64,000 nucleotides of DNA from a virus (taxonomy: Duplodnaviria > Caudoviricetes), in IMG/VR virus record IMGVR_UViG_2791355164_000001, positions 1 through 64,000 of that record. One strand, written 5' to 3'. Shown in pieces: positions 27,375 through 37,117 of the stretch (position 1 is the first letter of the stretch; each line of letters starts with the position of its first letter). The notes under the pieces are model-generated. The model made no database searches. It was not told the DNA's origin and was given only the letters and a program-made list of their open reading frames with translations. The position numbers and the translations under genes are program-made.

Positions 27375-29777
27375 TCAGAGCACGGCAATTATGTCGTCTG
27401 CCGTTTTGCGCGTATCGCCCTTACAGGACACGGATCGGCGTGCGGCCAGCGGCATGATCCTGAAGCCGTTACGCGTGTACAAATCTACGACTGACGGCGC
27501 GCTGCTGTTGGTAATGACTACCTTAGCGCCGCGCTTGCGCGCTGCCACCAGGCCCTCCACCAGCCGCGTCTGATGCTCAAACGTAAAGGCGTTGCCGCTG
27601 TATGCGGTAAAGCCGCTTTCGTCCGGCATCGGCTCATAAGGCGGATCGCAGAAAACCACATCACCTTCGCCCGCCTGGCCGATCACATCCTCAAACCCGG
27701 CGCAGACAAAAGTCATTTCTTTCTGCAGGCCAGCGAAGTGCTGCAGTTCATCCAGCGGAAAGTAGTTTGTCCCTGCCTTTTTGTTCCAGCCCACGTTAAA
27801 CAGGCCTTTCAGGTTATACCGGCACAGCCCGTTAAAGCAGGTGCGCATCAGCGCCAGGAACAGCGCCGCATGCCGCACCGCGTGCGCCTGGCGTCCGTTA
27901 AATTCATCGCGTATGGCCACATAGGCTTCGTTAGTGAGACAGCCCTTTTCCAGCTGGTGAGCCGTATTAATCACGGCGTCCGGGTTGCCCTGCAGTTGAT
28001 TGAAAAGGTTAATCAGATCCGGGTTGATATCCCCCAGCAGGTTGCGCTTAAAGCCTGCGTTGATGAATACGGTACCGCTGCCAACAAATGGCTCAATCAG
28101 GCGCTTCCCGGCTGGCATTACCGCCAGTATTTCATCAAGCACGGAGTGTTTGCCGCCCGCCCATTTCAGGAACGAACGCGGGTATTTATCCTCTGCAACC
28201 TTTCGCGCCGGCGCGCGTTTTTTCTTTGCTGCCGGCAGAGCGGGGAGGTCCACAGGCCGGGTCTCTGCTACGCTGGCCACCAGCATGATCTGATTAGCAA
28301 TGCGATCGCCAATCCAGCGCATGACCGGTACCGCCATAGAGTTACCAATCGCTTTATAACGCGGACCATCAGCCGCCAGGCGGTGCGCTTCTTCTTCCGG
28401 CATGTCAGGGTGCGTCAGGCGCAGGTAAGCCAGTTCATCAGCAGCAAGCGCGTTGCGCTTCTTTTCCGGTATCAGTGTCCAGCCATCCGGGAAGCCCTGC
28501 AGGCGTTCACATTCTTTGGGCGTCAGGCGCCGGACTTCGCAGCGGGTGACAATAGAGGGATAGCCCTGTCCGGGCTTTCCGCCGCCGGCCGACAGTGCGC
28601 CCGTTATCTGTCCGTCGCCGTTGACCAGGCGGACTTCACCACGGGTGTTTTCAGGAAATGCTGCGTGCTCCCCACAGCGGGCAATACATGGTGCTGCATC
28701 ACCTTTGCCCGTTTCGCCAGATTCAGCGTTAAGCGTGTGGCACAGTTCGCCCGTAGCGCTCTGTACTGCGAACGTCTCAACGTCAAAGTCATTACGCTGC
28801 CCTTTAGCCGTCAGGCATGCTGCCACATCCAGCGCACCAGAACAGTTGCCGCCGCCAAACGCAACAGGTTCAGCAACGAGCCCGGCGCCACGTTGGCTGA
28901 AAACTTCCTGATTGCTGGTGCCTATTCCGCCTGTATTAAATGACTGGTACAGGGTTGGGTGAGGGTTGCCCGCGTCGTCCCAATGGCTACTGACTTTAAC
29001 GCCAGCTGCAAAAGTGTCGGGAGCTGCCTTCCCCGGTTTTCTGCACGGCGGAGAATCCCGGCGCAGGCCGTCGAACTCAAGAAGTATTTCTGCGGGATCA
29101 ACATCGTTTCGAGCACTTGCGACAACGAAGATACGACGGCGGCGTTGGGCCACTCCGAAGAATTGGGCATCAAGGAGCCGCCAGGCAAGCTGCCGCTGCG
29201 GTCCGTAAATACAACCAGACTTCGGCCATTTCGCCAAATGCTCACCGGCGCTGCTTCCTTTTTCGGGGTCTTTCTTCCATCGCCAGAACTCGTTACTTTT
29301 GCCGCGCTCAGGTCTTGGGCCTGGTTCAAATGCTTCATTTTCGCCAGCTATTCCGGCAAGGAAGAATCCAAAGGCGTTGTCAGGTGTGCTGAGACTTCCT
29401 GGCACGTTTTCCCACAGGTGGACGGCAGGCTGCTCGCCGTTTTCAATTCGTTTTTCATCAATGGCGTTCGCTAAATCTACATAAGAAAGGGAGAGCTGAC
29501 CGCGCGGGTCGTCAAGGCTTTTACGGAGCCCGGCGATAGAAAACGCCTGGCAGGGGGTACCGCCAACCATGACGGCCGGCGCCGGAATAGAACCGGCGCG
29601 AACGCCGGCCGCAATCTTTGTCATGTCGCCCAGGTTCGGCACGTCCGGGTAACGGTGAGCCAGCACGGCTGCAGGAAACTTTTCTATCTCAGCAAACCAT
29701 GCGGCTGTCCATCCCAGCCCGTCCCAGGCCACGCTGGCCGCTTCAATGCCGGAACAGATAGAGCCGTAAGTGATCAT
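27375..29777 (-). CDS. dmt: Dmt, fused C5-cytosine and Dam adenine methyltransferase
   Basis: GGTPCQ, WENVPG, QRRRR and GNS motifs (C5 MTase), then KWAGGK, EPFVGSG and DPPY (Dam). Confidence 0.9.
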   Translation of the reverse strand: MITYGSICSGIEAASVAWDGLGWTAAWFAEIEKFPAAVLAHRYPDVPNLGDMTKIAAGVRAGSIPAPAVMVGGTPCQAFSIAGLRKSLDDPRGQLSLSYVDLANAIDEKRIENGEQPAVHLWENVPGSLSTPDNAFGFFLAGIAGENEAFEPGPRPERGKSNEFWRWKKDPEKGSSAGEHLAKWPKSGCIYGPQRQLAWRLLDAQFFGVAQRRRRIFVVASARNDVDPAEILLEFDGLRRDSPPCRKPGKAAPDTFAAGVKVSSHWDDAGNPHPTLYQSFNTGGIGTSNQEVFSQRGAGLVAEPVAFGGGNCSGALDVAACLTAKGQRNDFDVETFAVQSATGELCHTLNAESGETGKGDAAPCIARCGEHAAFPENTRGEVRLVNGDGQITGALSAGGGKPGQGYPSIVTRCEVRRLTPKECERLQGFPDGWTLIPEKKRNALAADELAYLRLTHPDMPEEEAHRLAADGPRYKAIGNSMAVPVMRWIGDRIANQIMLVASVAETRPVDLPALPAAKKKRAPARKVAEDKYPRSFLKWAGGKHSVLDEILAVMPAGKRLIEPFVGSGTVFINAGFKRNLLGDINPDLINLFNQLQGNPDAVINTAHQLEKGCLTNEAYVAIRDEFNGRQAHAVRHAALFLALMRTCFNGLCRYNLKGLFNVGWNKKAGTNYFPLDELQHFAGLQKEMTFVCAGFEDVIGQAGEGDVVFCDPPYEPMPDESGFTAYSGNAFTFEHQTRLVEGLVAARKRGAKVVITNSSAPSVVDLYTRNGFRIMPLAARRSVSCKGDTRKTADDIIAVL

Positions 29778-30697
29778 CGTTTTGCCTCACCGCCCAGTGC
29801 ATCCACCAGCCCGGAGAAGAAAGCAGAAAACTCGGACGTGAACAGCATAAAATCAGCCAGCATGCGTGCGCGCTGATCCTCACGGTCAATATCATCGTTC
29901 TGCTCAGTGAGCATGTCGGCATACTTAATGCCCTTAATGCTCAAATCGTCCGCCACACGGCAGAAAATGCGATTCTGCCAGTCAAGGCTCAGGTGCGTGA
30001 CTACTTTCCCTGCCTCAATATGCGCGCGCACTTCATCGCTGATTAGATCCTGCTTCTTACAGCGGATTTTGCCGCCTTCTTCCAGAATCGCCGCGAGCTC
30101 GGCCTCGTCGCCCAGCAAAAAGCCCGCCGGCAGGTCGCCGGAGCGCAGCCATTCAGTCAGCGTGAGCTCGACAGGCTCCTCAGCCATCAGCGGCACAACC
30201 GGCAGCGAGCCGATAGTTTTGCGCAGCATGGCGAGCATATCCTCTGCCGCTTTAGCGCTGGCTGCGTCAACGTAGATGCGGCTGTTCACGCTGTCGATCC
30301 AGATATAAGCCTGCGTGCGGCGGGTAAAGGCGCGCGGCAGCAGCGTGTAAAGGGCTTCATCCTTCAGGGAAACGCGTTCACTGCGACGCACCTTGCGCGC
30401 CTCTTCCTGCTCAATTTTCGCCACGCGGTCAGCCACAAACTCGTTAAGCGTGGCGGCGGGCATGATTTTGCTTTCGGTCTGACAGCACAGGAGGTACTGA
30501 CCGTTTTCAGCCAGCAGCAATTCCTCTGAGGTAACGCTGATCCAGCCTGATTTCGCCATGTCCTGCGCGGCACAGGGAGTAAACGCCATCGCCTGCAGCT
30601 GCTGCGCCAGTTCTTCCGCGTCCAACGGAATTTCCCGGTTCAGGCCGTAGACCATGACGTTTTTGAAGAAGGGAGATTTCATGCAGAAAAGCCTCAA
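29774..30697 (-). CDS. rdgC: Recombination-associated protein RdgC
   Basis: FTPC..QDMAKSGW, LLPRAF, GSLPVVP motifs. Confidence 0.9.
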   Translation of the reverse strand: MRLFCMKSPFFKNVMVYGLNREIPLDAEELAQQLQAMAFTPCAAQDMAKSGWISVTSEELLLAENGQYLLCCQTESKIMPAATLNEFVADRVAKIEQEEARKVRRSERVSLKDEALYTLLPRAFTRRTQAYIWIDSVNSRIYVDAASAKAAEDMLAMLRKTIGSLPVVPLMAEEPVELTLTEWLRSGDLPAGFLLGDEAELAAILEEGGKIRCKKQDLISDEVRAHIEAGKVVTHLSLDWQNRIFCRVADDLSIKGIKYADMLTEQNDDIDREDQRARMLADFMLFTSEFSAFFSGLVDALGGEAKR

Positions 30698-30715
30698 TGC
30701 GGATATTAATCACAT

Positions 30716-30733
30716 TCTAAGGATTTTCTTAGA
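30716..30733. promoter_or_regulatory. Putative C1 operator upstream of rdgC-dmt
   Basis: TCTAAGGATTTTCTTAGA. Confidence 0.6.
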
Positions 30734-30746
30734 TTACGCATAATAA

Positions 30747-31355
30747 TTACTGACTGAACTCAAACTGAGGCGCTGTAGCGCTGAAAGTATCGCCTGAATC
30801 AAACACGGTTTTCCCGCCTGCTTTGACCTTCACATTGCCGCCCACGTCGATAACCAGATCACCCGGCCCCAGAATATAAATCTGCCCGCTTTCGTTCATG
30901 CCTATGCGTGAACTGCTGGCCGTGTTGGTAATTTCATACCCGCCACCAGCGGACCGGATTTCCAGCAGATTATTGCGGTGGGAGACAAAATCATCCGTTG
31001 CGCTCAGGGCAGGGCGCGCCGGTGCGCCGTCAACGGCTGGTGGCTCGTAGGCGCTGCCCTGTCCGGAGGCTTCAGGTGCCACGCTTGGCACGCCACCTGG
31101 CGCTGATTGTGCCGCACCGGTGATAAGCGGCCGGCGCGTGTCCGGGCGCCCGCGCGCGTCGGTATACGGGAACTCTACCCACACTTCATCCCCCGTTTTG
31201 CAGGGAACAAACGCGTTGCCTATCGGCAGCTGGTATTCAGCCCAGGGCAGTGTTTCTGCTTCGACGTCCGCCCACTGCGGCGTCAGGCGGATCTGCGCGC
31301 GCATGTGTCCTGCCGGGTCTTTGGTGGCCGTGATTACGGCGCGTTGCTTACTCAC
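30747..31355 (-). CDS. Baseplate spike gp5/gpV-like
   Basis: LPWA...GDEVWVEF OB-fold pattern with a beta-rich C-terminus. Confidence 0.8.
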   Translation of the reverse strand: MSKQRAVITATKDPAGHMRAQIRLTPQWADVEAETLPWAEYQLPIGNAFVPCKTGDEVWVEFPYTDARGRPDTRRPLITGAAQSAPGGVPSVAPEASGQGSAYEPPAVDGAPARPALSATDDFVSHRNNLLEIRSAGGGYEITNTASSSRIGMNESGQIYILGPGDLVIDVGGNVKVKAGGKTVFDSGDTFSATAPQFEFSQ

Positions 31356-32344
31356 TGGTTGGGTACTCCTAAAATCATGCGCGTGGTGTAGCCAATGCGA
31401 TCCTCATGGTGAATGGCCGCTGCAACGATAAAGTTTTTCGGCAGCGTTTCGTCCGTCTGGTTTTCCGGGTCATAGCGGTGGATCTGTACGCCTATCACCA
31501 TGCCAGCGGTAATGTCCGCGTTGCCGCTGACCTCGATATCCAGCTTTGGAATAAGCACGCGCCCCATGTTGGTGAGCGTGGCCACGTCGGCATCAGAGAT
31601 ATATTTAACCGGCTTGGATTTATCGCCCACGGCAATGTAGCCGTCAGTCATGGAGTAACCCACAAACTGATAATCAGCGCTGCTTGTGGCGGCGGCGTCC
31701 TGGTTGATATGGCTCAGTTTGCTTATCGTGTATTCCGCTTTCGGGTTATTGGCTTCATAGACAACCGCCGGTTTCGTGCCAATGAGTTTGCCTATCTCCT
31801 TCATGCAGAACATGCCGCGGGCGCACCACACCAGCGCGCCATGATCTTCTGCCATCTGGCGCAGAACGCCGGACGGCTTCTCGCTCATATTCAGGTGATA
31901 GGTCATCGCTTTTTTGAATGCGTCAGCCTCGATCGTCAGTGTGCCGGCAAACTCTTTCATGACGTCGCCAGGCTGACGATCGGCGTACAGGCGCACGCGG
32001 GCTGAGGGCGTTTTCAGTCGCTTCAGGTCGGCTGACACGGCGATAATGCGCACCACGTCGCCGCTGGCCGGCGCGGACGTAACGAAAAACGTCTCACGGT
32101 ACGCGCCGCGCTTCCCGGTCGGGTCGCCCAGCTCCGCCACCAGCGTTGCGCCGTAGCGGGCGCCCATTTCGTCCATCAGTTTGCCTTCCGGATCGTGCGC
32201 CTCCAGCACCAGCAGCGGGGCAGTGAGGGCGGTTTTCTCAATGTAGAGCGCCGACGTTATCCAGCTGCGCGGCAGTTCTTTGTCATTGATGATCACCGAC
32301 TGCAGGAAGTACTGCATGGGCTTGTTCTTCTGCTCTGCTGCCAT
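31352..32344 (-). CDS. gp6-like baseplate hub protein
   Basis: 330 aa; P1 synteny 26-25-7-24-6-5. Confidence 0.65.
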   Translation of the reverse strand: MAAEQKNKPMQYFLQSVIINDKELPRSWITSALYIEKTALTAPLLVLEAHDPEGKLMDEMGARYGATLVAELGDPTGKRGAYRETFFVTSAPASGDVVRIIAVSADLKRLKTPSARVRLYADRQPGDVMKEFAGTLTIEADAFKKAMTYHLNMSEKPSGVLRQMAEDHGALVWCARGMFCMKEIGKLIGTKPAVVYEANNPKAEYTISKLSHINQDAAATSSADYQFVGYSMTDGYIAVGDKSKPVKYISDADVATLTNMGRVLIPKLDIEVSGNADITAGMVIGVQIHRYDPENQTDETLPKNFIVAAAIHHEDRIGYTTRMILGVPNQ

Positions 32345-32347
32345 CCG

Positions 32348-33121
32348 TTATGCCCCCGCCGGCGCAAGCTGCGTGTCGTGGCGCACGCTGCGCGCGGTGA
32401 CTTCGTATGCGGTCAGCACGTCCACCATGACGATCATCGACGTCTGGCAGGCGTAAATGCGCTCCTGCGAGAACGGCGGCGACATATCGCTGAACATGAT
32501 CGATTTGGCGTCCTGAATGCTGCAGTTGAGCTCAACAGGCCAGCCAGCCAGCTTGTCATGCGCCATAAAGCGGGTGGAAAGGCGGGAGCGGAAGTTAGCG
32601 GCCAGCGTATTGCACATCAGCGACAGCGTATCTTTGTCGCTGGCAATCAGCGTGATGGTGTAGTTCAGCGAGGCCTGCGCGGCTTCGATCTCCGCCAGCG
32701 GCTCATCATCCTGCGCAGACGCGATCACATCGGCGTAGTTGCGGCGGTCAATCTCATGATCGTTGTTGTCGTAGGTGATATCGAACCCGCGGGAGAGGTT
32801 GATAACCGGCAGCGCGTCGCGGTTGAGGTTCGGCATATCTTCCTGCTTTACGCTGTGGCGTCCGGCGCCCGCCTGGCGGACGGCGCGCAGGAACTCCAGC
32901 ACATCATCAAACTTGCCGACGAATACCCGATCCTCCGGTTTGCGTGCCAGGAAGGCGGCGTAGCGCGCTTCATGCGGGCGCGGTGCGACAATGACAGCGC
33001 CGCGGAACACATCATTCAGCGCCTTTGCAATGGCGGCATCAGCAGCGGTAAAGCCCGTACTCTGCATCTGGCCGGTGCGCGTGGTTTCCCATTCACGGGT
33101 GCGGGCGAGTAATTGTTTCAT
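32348..33121 (-). CDS. gp24-like tail terminator/stability protein
   Basis: 257 aa; synteny. Confidence 0.6.
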   Translation of the reverse strand: MKQLLARTREWETTRTGQMQSTGFTAADAAIAKALNDVFRGAVIVAPRPHEARYAAFLARKPEDRVFVGKFDDVLEFLRAVRQAGAGRHSVKQEDMPNLNRDALPVINLSRGFDITYDNNDHEIDRRNYADVIASAQDDEPLAEIEAAQASLNYTITLIASDKDTLSLMCNTLAANFRSRLSTRFMAHDKLAGWPVELNCSIQDAKSIMFSDMSPPFSQERIYACQTSMIVMVDVLTAYEVTARSVRHDTQLAPAGA

Positions 33122-33903
33122 TCGATACGTCCGTTGCTGGTGGTGTCAAAGTTGCGGGCGGGAATGCAGTAGTAGAGCGATCCGACGTTCTGCGTGCCGA
33201 AGCCGTAAATGCGGTGGACGTACCACCAGCGGCGCGCCAGGGTGCCGCTGGCCATCTCTTCGTTCCACTCAAGAATTGAGCCAACCGGCACGCCTTCTGC
33301 AGCAATGCGCAGGATCAGCACGTCATCGGTTAAACCGTCCTGCTCGTCGCCGGCATCGAGCACCTGAAAGCTCTCGCGCTCGTCCGGGCAGTCCAGCACC
33401 GTGACAATGGCCGGATCGGCATCCTGATAGCTCAGCGTGCGCTGGTTGTTGTTCAGTTCGGTAAACACGGGTTGTTCAAAGCCGGTTTCGTCGTCCACCT
33501 CGCCCACGTCGCGCATATCCGGCAGGTACAGCAGCGCCTGAAACGCGCTGTAGTCGCTCTCAATTGCCTTAACCCAGTCGCGGCGGACCATGTTGTTAAA
33601 GGGGGCGTGACCTTTAAAGCGGGGCTTAATCGCCGTGCTCTGCTCGCGTGCGGCCAAAGAGTCCGGCAGCGGGGCGCTCAGCGGGTCATAATTTTCACTG
33701 CTGCTGCCGTCAGGGTCATCAGCACCGCCAGTGGCAACGCCATCGGGTGAGGCGGCGGCGGATTCGCCAGACGCTTCCAGATCGGTTGCAGCGCTGCTGC
33801 TGTCCGGCACATCTTCTGCAGGCGCGGGCTGCTCTGTTTCACTGCGGGTTTCCTCGCTGGTGGAAGGGGGCGTGTCATTAAGAAATTCGTCGTAGCGTCC
33901 CAT
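33118..33903 (-). CDS. gp7-like head-tail protein
   Basis: 261 aa with an acidic disordered N-terminus; synteny. Confidence 0.6.
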   Translation of the reverse strand: MGRYDEFLNDTPPSTSEETRSETEQPAPAEDVPDSSSAATDLEASGESAAASPDGVATGGADDPDGSSSENYDPLSAPLPDSLAAREQSTAIKPRFKGHAPFNNMVRRDWVKAIESDYSAFQALLYLPDMRDVGEVDDETGFEQPVFTELNNNQRTLSYQDADPAIVTVLDCPDERESFQVLDAGDEQDGLTDDVLILRIAAEGVPVGSILEWNEEMASGTLARRWWYVHRIYGFGTQNVGSLYYCIPARNFDTTSNGRIE

Positions 33904-35117
33904 TACTGATTACCTGCTTTTGTCTGGTTCTTTGCGTAGTCGATAAACATTTTTTCCGCCTGCGCGCGCGGCGTGCCGCTCAGCACCAGGGCATCAATGA
34001 ACGTCTGGCGCTGGATCTTCGCCTGGTCGGCCAGCTGCTGACGCAGCAGCGCGTTTTTCGCCTTTTCGTCCGCCAGCTGCGCCTGCTTTTTCGCCGCGCG
34101 GGCGCGCTCCGTGGCAGTAACCTTTTTGGCGCGGGTCAGCTGGCCGCGCAGCTTATCGATCCGGCCATCGTCGTTGTTCAGCCGCTTCGCCAGCGCGCCC
34201 ATGCGCTTCTGGTATTTCTCATGCTCGCGCTTTACGGCGGCGGCGTTGGTCTGCGAGTTACGGTTGCGGTTGAACTTCGCCTTATCGGCGTCGGTGAAGT
34301 GCTCAGTGGTTTTACGCGGATCATCGCCGTAAGCGTTGTTGCCGGCGCTTTTGAGCATCGCCTGGCCGATCCGCACCTGCCATGAGGCGGACTGCAGGCG
34401 TGTGAAGGCGTGAATGACGTGCTTACAGGCCACGCCTTTCAGGTTCGGGTTTTTCTCTTTTGGGTAGGCGTACTCTTTTGGCGGGGCAAGGGCGAAGTTG
34501 CCCGCTGTGGCAATGTAGCGGTACCAGTACTGGTGACGGCCACAATCGCAATCAAAAGAGACGCGGCCAGCGCAGAGTCGCTTAGCAATTTTGGCGCTGT
34601 CTTTGCCATCCGTGACCTCCTCGATCAGCTGATCCCACTCCTCAAAGCGGAACTTCACGCGGTGATGTTTATCAACCGATACGGCGGACGCCTCCACGCT
34701 TACCGTGAGCACGTTGTGTTTGAGCGTGGTGGGCGTGGCGCGCTTAATACCGGAACCGTCGTCCACGCGGTTATTGGCGCGCTTAATGTCGATCTGCTGA
34801 CTGCCTGCCACCAGCTGCGCATACGTGATCCCCGCAACAGCCGCATTAAACTGCTGGCGTGCGCCGGCGCGGTTTTTCTCAAACCCTTTAAGATCCTCTC
34901 TGGTGTAGAAGGTGCCGGACTTCTTTTTGCCCAGGGCAATAATGTCGTCGAGCGCCTTGTTCTTCAGGGTGAGAGGGCTAAGCGTGCGGTGCGCAATGCG
35001 GCGCGAACGCCGGCGGTCTTTGTCTATCTGGTCGAACACGCGGGAGAACTCTTTCGAGGAGAGCCCGGCGGTGTCATAGCGCCCGGATTCGGTGCGGGCA
35101 AACGGAGTATCAGCCAC
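33903..35117 (-). CDS. gp25-like tail stability protein (SWIM-like Zn motif)
   Basis: 404 aa; CDCG...CKH. Confidence 0.65.
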   Translation of the reverse strand: MADTPFARTESGRYDTAGLSSKEFSRVFDQIDKDRRRSRRIAHRTLSPLTLKNKALDDIIALGKKKSGTFYTREDLKGFEKNRAGARQQFNAAVAGITYAQLVAGSQQIDIKRANNRVDDGSGIKRATPTTLKHNVLTVSVEASAVSVDKHHRVKFRFEEWDQLIEEVTDGKDSAKIAKRLCAGRVSFDCDCGRHQYWYRYIATAGNFALAPPKEYAYPKEKNPNLKGVACKHVIHAFTRLQSASWQVRIGQAMLKSAGNNAYGDDPRKTTEHFTDADKAKFNRNRNSQTNAAAVKREHEKYQKRMGALAKRLNNDDGRIDKLRGQLTRAKKVTATERARAAKKQAQLADEKAKNALLRQQLADQAKIQRQTFIDALVLSGTPRAQAEKMFIDYAKNQTKAGNQ

Positions 35118-35442
35118 TGATTAACTCCGGCTTGCCGCCCGCGTATTCGCGCATGCGGTTACGCAGCCATGCCATATCCGGCAGGGAAAGCGTCTGGCCG
35201 GCGGGCAGCGGCTCCATCTCTGACTCAATCCCGCACAGCAGCCGGAAGATCCAGCGCAAATCCGCGTTGCCCTCATAGGCGCGGTATGCCGCCAGGTCAG
35301 CGCGGAATATCTCGTCGAGACGGATGGTGTAGTCCTGATTCTCTTCGTGAAAAGAGGCGGAACGCTTTATAACTTCCTGGTGAAAGAGGCTGCGCAGCAC
35401 CACATCCTCAATAGAGCGATCGTCGAGGCGGTTATAACTCAC
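35110..35442 (-). CDS. gp26-like baseplate protein (LysM/tail X-like)
   Basis: 110 aa; RADLAAYRAY...LRW. Confidence 0.6.
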   Translation of the reverse strand: MSYNRLDDRSIEDVVLRSLFHQEVIKRSASFHEENQDYTIRLDEIFRADLAAYRAYEGNADLRWIFRLLCGIESEMEPLPAGQTLSLPDMAWLRNRMREYAGGKPELISG

Positions 35443-36092
35443 AGAATCCGCTCCTCGTCGCTGATGCGCATCCCGGCCAGCGTCTCCGGCACAGCCTCAG
35501 CGGCTTTGATTTTCTCGTAGCCGATAAGGCGCTTAAACGCGTCCATGACGGACGGCTTTTCATCTGCTGCAGCGGCGCTCATGGCGTTAACGTAGTCCGC
35601 TGACGCCACGTTGTTGTAGCCCACGGCAAAGCAGCACAGGATGGTGAGCACATGCTCCGGGCGTATATCACGCCAGTTGATGCGGTACACCTCCTCGCCG
35701 CTGGCGTTGTACTCCACCTCCACGATGGAATCGGGGATCTCGAAAGCACCTTTGTTTTCTTTTGGCAGCGCGAGATTTTCCTGCAGCATGAGCTCGTTGT
35801 AACGCTCAATACCGATCAGCACCGCCGCGCGGCCATCGCTGCCTTTTGCTTTGAGAGAAACATGATTGCCGCCCACGACGCCGGCCACTTTGCCCGTGGC
35901 TTCATCCACCAGCACCTTAAAGCCCTGCGCGCGCAGCGTTTCAATGTAGGGCGTGAGTTTGGCTACCTGCGCCCGCATGCCCTTTGGCAGCGGCTGCGGC
36001 TTTGACATGACCAGCGTATGATCTTCGTAAATGGCGGTGATCGCCATTGGCTGACTGGTTGAGAGACTGATTACTGCGATTTTCTGTTTCAC
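35439..36092 (-). CDS. Conserved P1-like phage protein of unknown function
   Basis: 217 aa, GTG start; first gene of a late operon. Confidence 0.6.
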   Translation of the reverse strand: MKQKIAVISLSTSQPMAITAIYEDHTLVMSKPQPLPKGMRAQVAKLTPYIETLRAQGFKVLVDEATGKVAGVVGGNHVSLKAKGSDGRAAVLIGIERYNELMLQENLALPKENKGAFEIPDSIVEVEYNASGEEVYRINWRDIRPEHVLTILCCFAVGYNNVASADYVNAMSAAAADEKPSVMDAFKRLIGYEKIKAAEAVPETLAGMRISDEERIL

Positions 36093-36221
36093 GTCTGTAC
36101 CCCTGAAAAGGCGAAAGGCCGCATATAGCGGCCTCTCTGGCTTTTAACGTTCCCAACCGCGCGTTGCAGATTAGGTAAGTTGTCAAAAATTCCATCAGGG
36201 AACCGCTAACAGCTTGGGGCG

Positions 36222-36242
36222 ACTTTAAGCGGTTTGTAATTT
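36222..36242 (-). promoter_or_regulatory. Late promoter motif (baseplate operon)
   Basis: Minus strand AAATTACAAACCGCTTAAAGT. Confidence 0.7.
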
Positions 36243-36268
36243 GTGATGTTAGGTGTCAAACATTTTTT

Positions 36269-37057
36269 TTAAACATTTTGCTTAGTTAGCACACTTTCGA
36301 TGTAACCATTTGTAAATGAAACATACATCCCTATGTTGTCAATGGCTACATTCATTATATGAGGTGTTATTTCATTATCCTCGCCATTAATTTTTTTCCC
36401 ATTTCGGTGCGCAATATCATGCCTTAATCTCATAAAACGATGAACATCTTGCTTTAAACTGCCCGGCATCTCTGGAAATTTTTCACCTAAAATAATTGAG
36501 TAAATTAAATTAACTTTAGGCAAGTTGTGGTAAAGGATTTTTGATAAAAAATCTAAAATTGCAGCATCAATAATAGCTAAAGGGTCGCGATCAAATAAAT
36601 CGTTAACTTTTATTTTAAGGTCTTTCAATTCATCAATGGACTCCATCGCGTTTCTTTTAAAAACATCGTTAGACAATGTAACCGACTTCAACATTTCGCT
36701 TAAACACGATTCCATTAGAGTAACAGCATACGAGAATCTCATTTTATGATAAAGTATTTCATCTTCAACGTTATGCCTCAGATCGGTAAGTTTAAGCATT
36801 TGCACTCTAAACTGCTCATAAGCTTCAGTATGTGGATGACGCCTAGACCATGTAACTTCACTTTGAAGTTTATCCCAAATAAATTCATCAACCAGCTGAT
36901 CAAACAGAACACCTCTGTCTTTCATGTCGAAAATAGTTTTATCATATTCTTCAGCAAGTAAATTCCATTCAGGTGAGTCTTTTCGGATACCCTTACCGGA
37001 TTTAGTCTCTATCCAAATTTTTTTAACTTCATCTAGAAATTCAGCTTTAGCATCCAT
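36269..37057 (-). CDS. HEPN-domain protein
   Basis: AT-rich, 262 aa; VTLMES..SE helix and RHDIAH (Rx4H) motif. Confidence 0.7.
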   Translation of the reverse strand: MDAKAEFLDEVKKIWIETKSGKGIRKDSPEWNLLAEEYDKTIFDMKDRGVLFDQLVDEFIWDKLQSEVTWSRRHPHTEAYEQFRVQMLKLTDLRHNVEDEILYHKMRFSYAVTLMESCLSEMLKSVTLSNDVFKRNAMESIDELKDLKIKVNDLFDRDPLAIIDAAILDFLSKILYHNLPKVNLIYSIILGEKFPEMPGSLKQDVHRFMRLRHDIAHRNGKKINGEDNEITPHIMNVAIDNIGMYVSFTNGYIESVLTKQNV

Positions 37058-37117
37058 ACTCTACCAACCTCATAATTTTATAATCAATATTGCAATCTTA
37101 TTTGAATCTAAAAAATT

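Noticed and set aside
27573-28943. 456-aa plus-strand ORF and similar long antisense ORFs (e.g. 19686-20492, 32195-33112, 56466-57230)
   Set aside because: Shadow frames opposite well-supported genes in GC-rich DNA, with no recognisable motifs.
27375-29777. Dcm-Dam fusion as a novelty
   Set aside because: This architecture is already known for P1 Dmt.
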